63,921 nucleotides of DNA, taken from NCBI GenBank assembly GCA_027604505.1, contig JADIIX010000072.1:1-63921 (forward strand), read 5' to 3'. This document shows, one piece after another, positions 1-12,757 of this stretch. The notes below the pieces were generated by a model that did no database searches, was not told the DNA's origin, and saw nothing but the letters and a program-made list of their open reading frames with translations. Within the stretch, counting starts at the first letter, position 1. Each line of letters begins with the position of its first letter. Source of the stretch: Gonapodya sp. JEL0774. Its lineage: Eukaryota. Position numbers and translations under genes: made by a program.

Positions 1-77
1 CCACCTCCACCTCCACCTCCACCTCCACCTCCACCTCCACCTCCACCTCCACCTCCACCTCCACCTCCACCTCCACC
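1..77 (+). repeat. (CCACCT)n hexamer repeat encoding poly-proline
   Basis: About 12-13 perfect CCACCT units read directly. Confidence 0.95.
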
Positions 78-1363
78 GCCATCTCTTCCACCTCCACCTC
101 CGCCACCTCCGCCGACTCCACCCCCAGCTAGTGCAACAGTCGATCAACCACCTCCACCCACCATTTCCATGAATGCAGTCGTTGCCTCGCCAGCAAGTGA
201 ACCACCACCGCCAAGTCCACCACCGCCAAACACGGTGGGATCAAACGGGAGCGCTGATACACCAGGAGCACCAAACGTTCCCACTATCGTGGGATCAGTG
301 GTAGGTGCCCTGGTGGGAATATTGGTGCTTGGCGGAATAGCCAAATTGGTTTATGACAATGGGTGAGTTCCGCATTCATCTCAGGTATCAAACAACCACA
401 ATAATAAATTTCCTCATGGTTCCATCTGGCATTTTTAGGAAAGCAAACAAGCCAAAAGATCCTTACCGACCCGTTCCAACAGATGATGATATGGACCCAG
501 GACATGCAAGGAGTCCGGGTTACGGCAGCGGATACACTCCGGTCCCCACAGGTACTGGGCCTGGAACTGGTATGGGAGGAGATGTCATAAGAGCTCCGAT
601 CACCACAACTGGTGCTGGTGGCGGTGCCGGTGGGGGTGGAAGTGTCGGCGGAGGTGGGGGAATGAACCCTCCCCAATATTCGGTACCGAACGCCCCCACC
701 GGAGTGGGAGGAGGTGTCGGCGGACCTCCTGGACCAGTGACGAATCCAATCGGTGTGAGCGGAGGTGGAACTGGGGTTGCAGGCCCTGTTGGTGGCGCTC
801 ATGGCGCTGGTGCCGGATCCATACCCGCAACGGGGGGTGTGGGGACCGGCGTGTCTGGAACCACAACGGGCACCGCTGGGGGTCTGGGTGTGTCGGCAAC
901 AACTGGAGCACATGGTGGATCAACTTTGGGAGTCGCACCATCTGTACCTGGTCCCAGCACAGGAATGGCGATCGGCGGTGGAAACGCCGCAACATTTACC
1001 CCAGGCTGGGCATCGCATACCGCCACTGGGGCTGCAAATACTGCACCGTGGCTGGCCAATACGGCCACCGGGGGAGCAAGTACTGCACCGTGGCTCGCTA
1101 ACACTGCCACCGGATTCGCGAGCGCAGCTCCACCGGCGGCCCAGTTCGCCACCGGTGTGGCCCAAACGGCGGGTACGTTTGTCAGCTATGCTCCTGGCGC
1201 TAGTCAAGCTGTTTCTGCGGGTCAAGCGGTCTCTGCGGGTCATACCGCGGGGACTGTCGCTCACCCTGCGATGGGAGCCGTGACCACTGGCGCGGGTGGA
1301 GGAGCAAGCTCAGGCACGGCTACAAACGCAACGTTTGCGCAAATTGCTGGATGGTGGGCGTGA
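1..1363 (+). CDS. 3' part of a single-pass membrane protein: Pro-rich ectodomain, TM helix, Gly/Thr/Ala-rich cytoplasmic tail (5' end outside window)
   Basis: Poly-Pro frame leads to hydrophobic IVGSVVGALVGILVLGGIA. GT..AG intron 363-438 joins DNG to KANKPKDPY in frame. Stop at 1363. Confidence 0.7.
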
Positions 1364-2252
1364 GTCTGGGCTGCCGGGACTTGGGACCTTGATGCCGCGG
1401 CAGGGAGCAGATGGAGTTGCGGCGAGTGTATGAAAAGTGTGGTTCAAGTGGGAACGCGAAGGGTGATGCCGGAAGGGTCACTCTGAGAATCAGCATGTAG
1501 ATGTGTTGCACTGTATTATCTCTCGTCTAGCCAACAATGTAGTAACATATTTTCTCACTTTCAGTTCACTTTCCCTTAGTAGTGTGGTCCGATAGTGTCG
1601 TGTCTCCAAACTGATCTGGGCAACTAACCTTGACAATCGTCTGCCAAGCCAGACTAACACGTTAATTACAATAGCGCAAAAGAAATATTTTCCCTTGGAC
1701 GCCATCATCTAGTTTCGAACATTTCCTCGACACCGATTCCGTATCGGCACCGGCACCAAGCCTCGTGACCCGCATGATAATGAATCATCAGAACACACCG
1801 CCCGGCTTCCCACGACGCTTTTGCCGCGGATCGGAGTTTTTCTCTGATTTTCTAGCGCAGTTTAGTGCCGATGATCTCCTTTTGGGCTGCTATTATTTTG
1901 TGAGAGTGCGCTTCTCACGCCACGCTCTTCCTATTACGGCAACGCAGTTCATATTGAGTTCATATTGAGCAGCTCTGAGGGTGGAAGCTTGATGGGATAT
2001 ATCGTCTCCTGTACTGGACATCAATGATCGAGCAGTGACCATGCGTATGCCGCGCGCTCTGACGATGTTTCTTTCGGACGGCACGAGAGAAAGTGTGCCC
2101 AAGTGTTGCAAGATCTCGAATGTATTGATTGCCCATATCCCCGATAAACATTAGAAAATACGGCCATATCTTAGTGCCATAGCCCTTTCTCCAAATCCAT
2201 CTCCGATGCTTTGTTTCGACTCATCATTTGCTGTGTGCGATCTTGCGTTCAC

Positions 2253-3212
2253 TTAGTGCGATGGTGGCGCCATATTATACGCCACGGGCTGGTTCTTGAC
2301 GGCCGGGTATTTGGCGACTGCGGGAAGAAGACACCAAAAATTCCAAACAAGAAGAACGGGATGAGATGAATCCGATGATACTGCCTGTGCGGATCGGACG
2401 AGAGAAAGGAATTCAAACTCACTTTCGTTGGACTCTTGAGTGAGGGCGAAGCACTCGCAGCAGCAAACGGTGAGGAAATCTTCGGCGGTTTCACCCTGAA
2501 AGGAGAGAGAGAGAGAGAGAGAGGGTGCACCGGGACGGGAAAGTTTGAGCGTCAGAATGATCACGAAGACTTCTGAAGTGCTCGCCGGAAAGCCGCCCTC
2601 GACCACGCCTCTCGCCTCCGCCCCCCATGCCATCCCAGCACTTAAATAGACCCGTGTATGTACTCACTTCGATACCACGCGATTTCCGGATCGCCTCCCG
2701 TCGCTGGTAGGCGGCGATGCACGAGAGTCCGCAGCAAACACGCATGGCTCTGGGGGTGACATGAACGGTCGAAATGAGAAACGTGAGTGGTGTGCGTTGG
2801 GTGTACTCCCAGAAACACACTCCAAAAATGGCACAGGGGGGCTTTACTGGTACTCACCCGTAAATGGCGCCCTGCGTGACACAATCGCCGTTCCCTTCTG
2901 CTTCAGCGATCTTCCCGTGGGTAATGCATGGCACAAAGAACGAAATGATGAATGTCTCGAGGTCAGAAATGTCGAACTAGTGTCGTACGGGGTGCGGGGG
3001 ACGAAAGGACATGAGGAAGTGAGACAGCAGACGAGACAATGCCCGAGGGAAAGCGGAAGGCGTTTCACAACGTACGAGAGGTTTGTTCCAGGGGCGAGGA
3101 GGGTTGGCCTAAGAGAAGGAAGAAGGTCAAGGACACGTGAATGAGTTGATGGGCCGCCGCTCGCGAAAAACGTTCCAGCGCGGGTGCTCGTCCGTCCTCG
3201 ACTGCTCACCAT
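2253..3212 (-). CDS. PLAC8-family cysteine-rich protein, multi-exon
   Basis: Spliced path M|ANPPRPWNKPL|FDISDLETFIISFFVPCITHGKIAE...CCGLSCIAAYQRREAIRKSRGIE|GETAEDFLTVCCCECFALTQE. Matches the PLAC8 motifs PC..G.IAE, R..IR...GI.G and D....CCC...AL.QE. Confidence 0.85.
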
Positions 3213-3839
3213 GTTGCGAGATTTCAAGTTAGTTTCCGATTCAAGACAAGTTTCCGAGTTGCAGCGGATCGAATGAGTCTGTGTTGCGCAGTTGCCATTT
3301 TTATCGGTCGTGTTTCGCCGACTGAGGTGGCCACGGGCATGGCGCCGTCCCGTTGGGCTGTGTGTGGCAGGTACCCCTTAGTCCAGATATGGGCACCGCT
3401 GGTCCCTGTCCCTGCCCTGTTGCGGCGTGGCAGCAAAGAAATGTCTGCAGCACTCTAGGATTGTAATGGAGCGTCATCGGATTGGGGTCGGCGCGTGGAA
3501 TAGCCTTCACAGAGGAGTGCCATGTTCGGTTCGATCGGTTCGTTGGACATGCCGATCCCGGGACGGGTTGGGGCGAAGTAAGTAATGTAAATTGCAGAGA
3601 ATAGTCATGGGGGAATATGCAAGGTTCAGAGGTGGGATTGCAAACAAAGGTTCAAATCATGCTGTGGGCACCTCAAGGTGGGCGCTCGCCGCAATGTTTA
3701 CATTCCACAATAGCAAGATCCAGAGAGCGGATAAGCGGCTCTCCTCAAGCAAAAACGTATAGAAAAAGGATTTATTTTCTGTCCCGTGCTTTGAAAGAAT
3801 GAGTTATCACTGTTGTGAGAAAGGTTGCGCACCCCCAAG

Positions 3840-4415
3840 TTAGTTGTACTTGGAAAGCTTGGAATCCCATCCGGACAACATTACGTGTTCTAACCAAAGA
3901 GATTCATGCGTTTTCTGCTAGTAGATAAACATGCAGTGAAGAACCAACTGAATAGTCAGGGTTGGTTTGCAGGATGAGAATGAGGAAGGGTGATTCGCAC
4001 TGTACGAACGAGGTGTCCAAGAAAATCGAATCAATCGATTGGATGTTTGCATCGGATTGTGAACAAGTCATGGCGGGTGATGAGGTATTGCAACACAATT
4101 TGATTGTGTGTTCAGGACTGAGCGCATTCATAACAGCGGCGGCGGTTGGGGAGACATGTGATGATGGCCTGCTGGCTGATAATATGTTTAATTTTAGATC
4201 CAGTCCTGGACTCGCAAATGTGATGTGCGTTGCACTCACCTGAGACACCAGCTAAGAGAAGAACTGTTATTTCAAACACAAATAATTTATTTCTCTTTGT
4301 ATTTGGGTGATGCCATACGGTGTGTTTCAAAGGCTATTACTGCGGTCGTGTGCAGGGATCAGGGCCTGGTTGTGCATTCACTTGGGCAGACGGAGACTTC
4401 CCCATCAGCAATCAT
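3840..4415 (-). CDS. possible small spliced protein divergent from RPS8, with weak Roadblock/LAMTOR3-like character
   Basis: Four GT..AG introns of about 40-65 nt can be chained in frame. Segment QSIDSIFLDTSFVQCESPFLILILQTNPDYSV loosely resembles the LAMTOR3 beta strands. Start uncertain. Confidence 0.25.
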
Positions 4416-6066
4416 GGGTACGTAGAGGGAAAGACGAGGGCACGCGCACACACTGCAGAGACAGTCAGGAGAAGAGAGGCTGTGGACGGGGGACGGGCCG
4501 GTGCGGGGGAGTGGTGGATGGATGTGTCAAGGGACAGAGTGCTGGGGGAACACAGCGAACAAGCATAAAACGGAGAAGGCGAGAACACCGGACTCGGAAA
4601 GCGGGACACTCTCGAACTCAATCCCGTCCATCACGCTCGGTGTGGTTTCCTCTGTCGTGTCCGGTCCCTCGGGTGTCCCCCCCGTACCTCCACATCCCTC
4701 ACCTCCTTCCCCTTCCCCTCCCTGCTTCCCTATACCCCACTTTCTCTCAATCTCCCAGGTATCTCTCGAGACTCGCGCCACAAGCGCTCTCACACAGGCG
4801 CCCAGCGCCCCCAGTACCGCAAGAAGCGGAAGTTTGAACTCGGTCGCCAACCGGCAAACACCAAGCTCGGGCCCAAGGCTATCCACCCCGTCAAGACTCG
4901 TGGTGGAAACTTCAAATTCCGCGCCCTGAGGCTCGACACTGGTGAGTGTGTGCACAAAGGAAGGAGCCACGTGGATCCATTTTTGTAAATGGACGATCGA
5001 GAAACTGGATCCGTTGCACAAGAAAAAATCGATTGCTCGAGGCGATCGGGAGGATTTGGGGGTGATCCGTTGAGTGATTCACGGTGGATTTGTCTCGAGG
5101 GAATCAAACGCGAAACACCCACAACCCACTCATTCCGTCCGTCACTCACCCTCTTCTCATTCCTCATCACCGTGTCCTCTCATTCCCCGACCCCTTCCCA
5201 AGGCAACTTCTCTTGGGGCTCCGAGTCCGTGACCCGCAAGACCCGTATCGTCGACGTTGCCTACAACGCCTCCAACAACGAGCTGGTCCGCACACAGACC
5301 CTGGTCAAGGGCGCCATTATCCAGGTCGATGCTGCGCCGTTCAGGCAATGGTACGAGAGGCACTATGGACAGCCGTTGGGCAAGAAGGGGAAGAAGGTGC
5401 GTTGTGGGCGTTGGTGGGGCCGGGAGACAAATGGGCCTGCGGTGCGAGCTTCGAGCCGTCAGGCGAGATAGTCCTTTCTTGACCAATAATTGAAGGCTGT
5501 ATGAACTGCCTATTGTGTATGAACATATGGAGAGGTTGTGAGGGATTCCTGAGCGGTTGCCGAGGTTAATTGGATTGCTGAAATGGCCATCGGTTGGGTG
5601 CAACGAAGTGGGACAAGCAACGAATAGAAGCGTGTTCCCTTCTGTCTTTGGTTCCCCTTTTCCTCGGTCATCCGCCTCTTCTCTTGTGTTGCCTCACGTC
5701 TGTTCTCTCATCCACTCCACCAACAGGAAAACCCCGCCGGCACCACGGAGGAGCTCTCCAAGAAGAAATCGAACCACTTGCAGCGCAAACTTGAGGGTCG
5801 GAAGAAGGATGCCAAGATTGAGCAGGCCCTCGACGACCAGTTTGGGTCCGGACGGTTGTACGGTGCGTTGACCCTCTCGCTTACTGCTGTTGGCACTCTT
5901 CTCATCCCAATACTTGTATTGTCACACACTCTCCCCGTCGTTGCCTTGTAACCCGAAATTAGCCCGCATCTCGTCCCGCCCCGGCCAATCTGGCCGTTGT
6001 GACGGGTACATTCTCGAGGGCAAGGAGCTCGAGTTCTACGTCCGGAAGATTAGGACCAAGAAATGA
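4414..6066 (+). CDS. RPS8: 40S ribosomal protein S8 (eS8), 5 exons
   Basis: [39 protein letters not shown]...[15 protein letters not shown]...[10 protein letters not shown]...|[25 protein letters not shown]. Intron 1 is 4418-4758. Confidence 0.97.
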
Positions 6067-6327
6067 GCGGTGTAATGGAGTGGGCTTGAGCAGGTCACGG
6101 GCGGTGGTGGTGGTTGTGGTGGTGGGGGCACCAGGGGTGTTTGTAGACGAGAGTGTTTCCATGTTCGTGTACGGATTGTGGGAGGGAAAATGCACATATT
6201 CACTTTGAAACGAGTTTTAAATTTGCGGGAGGTGGTGGTTGTTGCGTCCATGTAATAAAACGAATTTCGAGTGAGGTGAAGATGCGAATCCACCACTGTA
6301 AACTGTAAACCTGATATCAATTAAGAC

Positions 6328-8788
6328 ATGTCCGTCACCCATCCCCGCCCCTACCACTCCCAACTCCACATCGCCACGGCCCGCTCCCTGCTCGTCCGCC
6401 TTCTCGCCCAGTCGCACAATTCGGACGTCGAGCGTGACGTGCACGCCGCCACAGTGACCCGGTTCGCCGACGTGATCCTGAGAAGGCCCCTCGGCGGGAG
6501 CAAGGAAGAGACGAAAAAGGGAGCGGAGATCGAGGCCGTGTGGAAGGTGGGCTGGGAGGTTGGCTTTGTGCGAGGCGTGCCGGAGGTTTGGTGGGGATCA
6601 TTCGGTGTTGCTCATTCGTTCTGAATCGGTCGGTGGTCATGTGGGACGATAGCTTGGCGCCGAAGTGTTGCTCCGACAACGGGATGGAGACGATCGCTGT
6701 ATACGGTTTCTGCAACGACTGTATGCGTTGAATTCGCCGCTGGTAGGTTTTGTGTGGTGTGTGTGGTGTTGTGCGCCCGTCATCCACGATGACCCCGGTG
6801 ACGGACCGCCTCGAGGCCTCTAACTGACCGTGTGTGTTCCGTGTGTGGTACTTCACAGAAGGAACAACTGCTGCTGGAACTGGCGAGGATGTTGGCCAAG
6901 GTGGGCAGAATCGAAGATGCGTACGATCGTATCGAGAGGTGGGGCGTTCCGTTGGACGAATTTTTTTCTCTGCCTGCACCTCGACATGACCAGAGTATAT
7001 TCTCCCCATCCACTACCTACGGACGCCCCACGCATATAGTGTCCTCCTCCTCCACCCCTACTCCTCCAACCCCCACCTCCACGGCCTGGCCGGCACGCTC
7101 GCCCGCGAACTCTACCTCCGCGAAATCCGCGCCGCATCTACTCGCCCGTCGTCTCAGCGGGCAGCCTTTGCCACCACGAGCGGTGGCGGCTTCGCGAACG
7201 ACTGGTCGTCGTCCCAGTCCCGGTGGGACCACTCCCAGCAGTGGCAAGCTCAGTCGCAGACCTCGGGGAGTGGGCCCGTAGGGCCCGCGACGGGTTCACA
7301 GGACCCGTACGCTCGGTTAGCCTCGAGCGTGGCAGGTGGAGGTGATACGAGGTTGGGTTCAGGGTCGGGATCCGCGTCATCGTCGGCTCCGCCGTCTTCG
7401 CAGCTCCACCGTTCGTGGCTAGGTGATGGACCCTCGTTATCCTACACTCCGCTTACACAAGACGACACCGTGGTGGAACCTCGTTCCGGGCCGACGAACC
7501 TGGTGCTCATCGAGTCGGCTGTGGCGAGATCAAGGAGGGTTAAGTGTGAGGATCATTTGAAGAAGGCCGTGGAGTGGGCAGACGAGATGGGCGTGATGGG
7601 AGGTGCGTGGGTCGAGGCGTTGATTGAGGTGGGTTGGGACCGTTGAGTGCCTGTTTTGTCCACGGGAAAAGTGGTGTGGTGGTTCGAGGGTCGCACTCGT
7701 CGGAGTATGAATTGAAGCACCTCTGATTGTATGTTTTCTTTTTGATTCAGTTGTATTACTTGACTGATCGAACAGAGCAGGTCCTCGCGCTCCTCGAGAC
7801 ACGTCACGCTCGAAACCCCCGGGATCCGCTCATATTGAGGTAGAAATAACGTCGTAACTCCAAAGAAGCAAATCGTCCTATTGTTCCCTCTTCTGTTATG
7901 CATCAGGCTCCTCCTCCGACATATCACCAACTACCCCACAACCCCTCCTCCTCCCTCAGATCGCCTCCTCTCCCTCTCGTTATCCCTCGCCATCGTCGAT
8001 CCCCTCGCACCAGCATCGCTGTCGATCCGTCTGGCTGTCCGCCTCCTTCGAGAGAGACTCCCTCCGGACCCCACGAGAGATCGAGCGACTGCATTGATAG
8101 CAGTGGCTGAGCACATTGTGGCCTGGCTGGACATGTGCCTGGCTGGCGGGAGTGAGGAAGATGTGGCCGTGTGGGCGTGGCGGGAGCTTGGCGAGGTTGT
8201 CGGGGAGGCACGGTGAGTGTCTGTGTTGGTTGAGACGACTCTGCACGTCACTCACATTGAAAAAACCACGTGCTCTCGGAAATGTGCAAAAGTGCGCTCG
8301 ACTCATCTTCGGACAGGCACCTGTGGCCAAGCCGTGCTGTGTGGTGGGCCCAGTTCCACATACCAACACTCTTACCCTCATCTGAGGGCTCCACGCGTCC
8401 CAGCCCCACCGTTCTCCTGTACTGTGCGCTTGTTCATGCAATGGCGTTCCCTCTTGTGTACGCCCGTCTCACTCGCGTGCATGCAGCATTGTCGGCCGCT
8501 TTGGAAACAGAGGAACTCGACGAACTAGAGGTGGAAGTTGGGCTTGAAAGGTGTGGCGTTACTGTGGGAGATCTGTTTGGGGAAAATGTGCGCAAAGCTG
8601 AGCGGAGGAGGATCAGACCAAAAGTAAAGCTTGGATTGCAGGGAGGCCCAACTCTGCGATTCCTGCATCCAGAACTTGGCGCAAGAGCCAAATTCGCTAC
8701 AGAGAAACAGGACACGTTGACTGCGGTGGATGTTGCTGGCGATGAGGACACCGCCGAAGACAGTGACGAAGTCGTCGAAGAATCGTAG
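6328..8788 (+). CDS. RNA polymerase I core factor subunit RRN11/TAF1A-like protein (helical repeats)
   Basis: N-terminal LHIATARSLL...EAVWK and LLLELARMLAKVGRIEDAYDRIE|..HPYSSNPHLHGLAGTLA resemble the conserved PY..NP.LH..AG block of fungal Rrn11. Recognised from memory. Confidence 0.55.
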
Positions 8789-9191
8789 AGCGCCTTGGCA
8801 CCGCTACAAGTGGAGTTTGGAGTTGTCACTTGTCAAGTTTCACCCAATGGATTGCTTATCTTCTTTGCTGTGTTCTCACCTTACTAGGGGCATACCATTA
8901 GTTTGTTTGCCGCATCCACAAACTTTGTTTTGTACATATGCATCTTCTCATGGGATTCGTTTGTGGACTTTCGTTGGAGATTCAGGATTGCACATACGTA
9001 TGAGCAAATCCACGGCTTCGCACAGTCGTATGGTTAGTGGTGGTGCGCCGGGTTCTCAACAGCTCATTGCTACAAAAGCGAAAGAGCTACTTAACTTATT
9101 TTGGAAGATGCTGTACTATCCATTATTATTATATGATAATTTACAGGTGGCAACTAAAACTTAGATGTAACATCACATTGACCCACTGGAC

Positions 9192-12100
9192 ATGGCTGAC
9201 CGCGATGATCGCCACGCCACCGAGGGTGGTCTGGAATCCGACTCCCACGATTCTGAGATTACTGGTTTGATTTCACATACGGGTGGCAATCATCGTGATC
9301 GGATGTTCGCTGCGTGGATGCCGAACTGGTCCAGTCTCCACATGGTAAAGAGCCCCTCGAGTATATTATCGCCTGAAGCTCACGCTTGCCCCAGTCGTCT
9401 GCATTAGTGCCCGCTCTCTCTCTTCTATGTACGACTCTTGCAGTGATACTCGCAATTACATTGTCAACATCATCAGGATCGCCTGGACTGCAAGTTCCTA
9501 GCTGTCCCTATCCAATCGCCGCAACGAATCGGAGGGTGAAATTTGCTGATGTTTTCAGCAACTCAACACCAAGTGTTCGAGGAGTGGATCTCCAATGGGT
9601 TTCAATGAACAGCTCAAAATCTTGCTTTGTAAAGCGCGATAACGGGTCTTGGTACGTCTATGATGCAGACAATTTGTCTCCAGGGCATCAAAAAGCTCGA
9701 GCGATTCTTCTTAGAGAGGCAGACTTGGTGGACGTGAGAATTTCTTCAGACTACTTTCGTCTGTCAAATGCTCATCTTGATTCTCGTACAGCGTCATTCG
9801 TCGAACCCTCTCAAGCGCGTATCATCGTGGTCTGTATCTTTCGATGCACGCTACGTTCTTGTTGCCTCAAGCTTTCAAAAGCAGTGGCGCTACTCAGGGG
9901 TCTCAGCGTATCATATTTGCTCAACTCAAGATCGAGTGTGTGTGCCCTTGCTAGAAGATATGAGGTTGCAGCACTTGGTACAGGCTGCAGAGATTGGGCC
10001 GGACGGGATGTCCATTGTGAGTGATTTATTTGTATGGCAAGAGTCGGGGACATGCACAAAGTGCCGTGACGTGCAGTTCGCGATTAACTGGCATCATTAC
10101 CCACATCAAATCAACAACGAATAAAGACCTTCGTCGTCAAGAACGATCTTTATAATCTCCGCCCCATCGACTCTCTCTTCGAATCCGCCATGGCCCGACC
10201 TTCTCCCATCCGCATCACAACCACTGGCGCTGAATCTCTTGATAGAATCTTCAACGGAGTTCCTGATTGGGTCTACGAGGAGGAGCTCGGACATCTAAGA
10301 ACGTTCTGGCATTCTCCCGAAGACAAAGCCATTGCCTTTCTCTCAATTAATGCATCCGAGGTTCCTGCCATCATCCTCCAATATTATGATCCCATCGCTT
10401 CTGACTCAAGCGTTCCTGATCCAGGCCCTGCCAATGCGACCTATCCGCGTACTCTATCAGTACGCTACCCTAAAGCTGGAGCTCCAAACCCTTCAGCTTC
10501 CCTCTACGTATGGTCACCACCGTTCGTCACTTCCGGCGTGGCACACAAGCCTGGGAATGTTCTCGTCCCCGTGTCTTTTGATCCCCAAGACCTTCCAATA
10601 GAACATTTAATCGTCAGCGTGCATTGGATATTAGAAAACGAGCTTCTGGTGAGAATAGCACCAAGAACACAAGATTCGTTGCTGTACTTCGTTGCCAGCG
10701 TGGATGAGGAAACTGCAACATGGTCAGCCAAACTTGTCAGGACAACTCGGCCAGACGATGGTGGCTGGATTGACCCAATGTCGCTGGTGGTTCGTGTTGC
10801 ACTTTGGTTACGGATGATTTTGCTGTGTAAGCATTCACATTTTGTCAATCTGCCGTATTCCATCGAATCGTGCGAACAGGTGCTTGGGGACGGCAGCTAC
10901 GTCGAGGGTACGCAAATCTCCTTCTCATTTGAATTACAAAGTGACCAGACAGGCATTTGATTCTGATTTTATCCCCAGTGTTGGAAGATTCCACTGGATA
11001 TGCTCACCTTGCGTATTTCTCGTCATTCGCTTCTCAATCGCCCTCCAAGTGGCTCACATCTGGCGCGTACGAAGTCGCTTCTGTTGTAGCACTAGCAAAT
11101 TCAACCGTTGCATATACGTACGCCCCAGAGCCGCATCTTCGAGCTGCAACAGTTCTTGACATAGAAACGGGGCATAGCACTCCGCTGATTCCCGAGGATC
11201 AGTCTGAGGCGAACAACTGGTTAGAGGGTTGGGTAGAAGTGGGCCGGCCGTCTCTCGATAAGTCACACTTGGTTGTGACCAGGAAGGGACCCGAGGTTCC
11301 GAAATCGTGGGTCATACGCACCACTGGCAGAAGCAAGTGGAGCTTACTAGAGGACAACGGAAAGCTGAGGAACTGGTTGTTGGCGAGAGACACTGTGGAG
11401 AAAAAGGTGATTCAAATCCCAACCGTGGATGGGCTACGTGAGTTCAAAGAATATCAGGAGTCCATCCGCTGCGCCATATCTGTAATTCACCAAGCGGGTG
11501 TCTGAGAAGACTTCAACGCACTCATTTTTACTCCTCCGAATTTTGATGCAAGTGGTGCCAAACGCTACCCTGTGATCATGCGTTGCTATGGGGGCCCAAC
11601 AGTAAGCTCACTAAATCGACACTGCTTTCTGAGTTGATCCCCTTTCACGCGCTTCCTTGTGTCGAATTTTAGTCTCAAGTCGCTACCACTCAGTTCTCCC
11701 TTGACGTTCACGTGGCCCTTGCCTCGTTGCCCGTGTCTGAAGCACCTGTGATCCTTCAAGTTGATGGTCGAGGTACAGGTTTCTCTGGACGGGCATTCCG
11801 GCTACTGGTCTCAGGGAACTTGGGAGACCTGGAAGCTGTGGATCAAGCAGCAGCGGCAGAATGGGTAAAGAAGCAACCATGGTCTGACGGCAGAGTCGGA
11901 ATTTGGGGCTGGGTGAGTTCGCATTGTGGGATTTGACTTTCTATAACATGGCAGTGACCGTCGCTTTCCATTTCCTCAAATCTATTTCACTCCAATCACC
12001 CAAAGAGTTTCGGGGGTTATCTGACCACTCGTGTGATTGAGAGATACGGTACCTCCAACCTGTTCCAAGCAGCCGTTGCAGTTGCCCCAGTCACCTCATG

Positions 12101-12626
12101 GCACTACTACGATTCTGTCTACACTGAGCGATACATGCGACTACCTTTGCTGAATCCCCACAACTACACCCGCTCCGCTGTTCACAATGTCACCTCGTTT
12201 ATTACTCCAGGTGCTACACCATTTCTCTTGATGCACGGCACCGCAGACGACAATGTACATCCTCAAAACTCTTTGGCACTAACTGCGAGAATTGATAGGG
12301 CAGGAAGTCGGGGAAGTGCAACGACAATTCGATGGTTCCCCGATTCCGACCACCGAATGAACAGCCAAAATGGGCACGCACTCCAGATTGTTTATTCAGA
12401 AATGTCGAGCTGGATGTGGAAGGGGTTCTTTGGCACGCATTGTGAAGTACCATGGGGAGAAAACGACCAAGACGACGAGGAGGCGTCCCTGGATAACGAC
12501 CTTCAAACCATTGTGGCAGATCAAATGGCGGGAAATGTACACAAACGTGATGGATTTCACGGAGTCACTCTCGTGAGACGAATGGGCTGGACAAATGTGA
12601 TGGATTTCACGGAGTCACTCTCGTGA
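9192..12626 (+). CDS. type II membrane dipeptidyl aminopeptidase (S9B; DPP4/Dap2/Ste13 family)
   Basis: N-terminal TM anchor, FNGVPDWVYEEE, YPKAG, DGRGTG, spliced GIWGW|SFGGY nucleophile motif, MHGTADDNVH and SDH complete the Ser-Asp-His triad. Confidence 0.93.
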
Positions 12627-12640
12627 GACGAATGGGCTGG
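12541..12640 (+). repeat. 50-bp direct tandem duplication at the 3' end of the peptidase CDS
   Basis: 12541-12590 and 12591-12640 are identical except for one C/T. Confidence 0.95.
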
Positions 12641-12757
12641 AAACAAGCTTGATTACTATGACTGTTTCCGTTGCATGAACACTACCACTGTCGTATCGTC
12701 AAATTTCTATCAATGTACACCTCCTACGTTCAATCAACATGAAAGCTACCACTATAT

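Noticed and set aside
4077..4121. GTGATGA...CTGA box C/D-like pair on the + strand
   Set aside because: Only about 45 nt, with no terminal stem or recognisable rRNA guide.
4942..5726. Intronic snoRNAs in RPS8 (and RPL4) introns
   Set aside because: Common in ribosomal-protein genes, but I found no convincing C/D box pair or H/ACA arrangement by eye. An Rfam or snoscan run would be needed.
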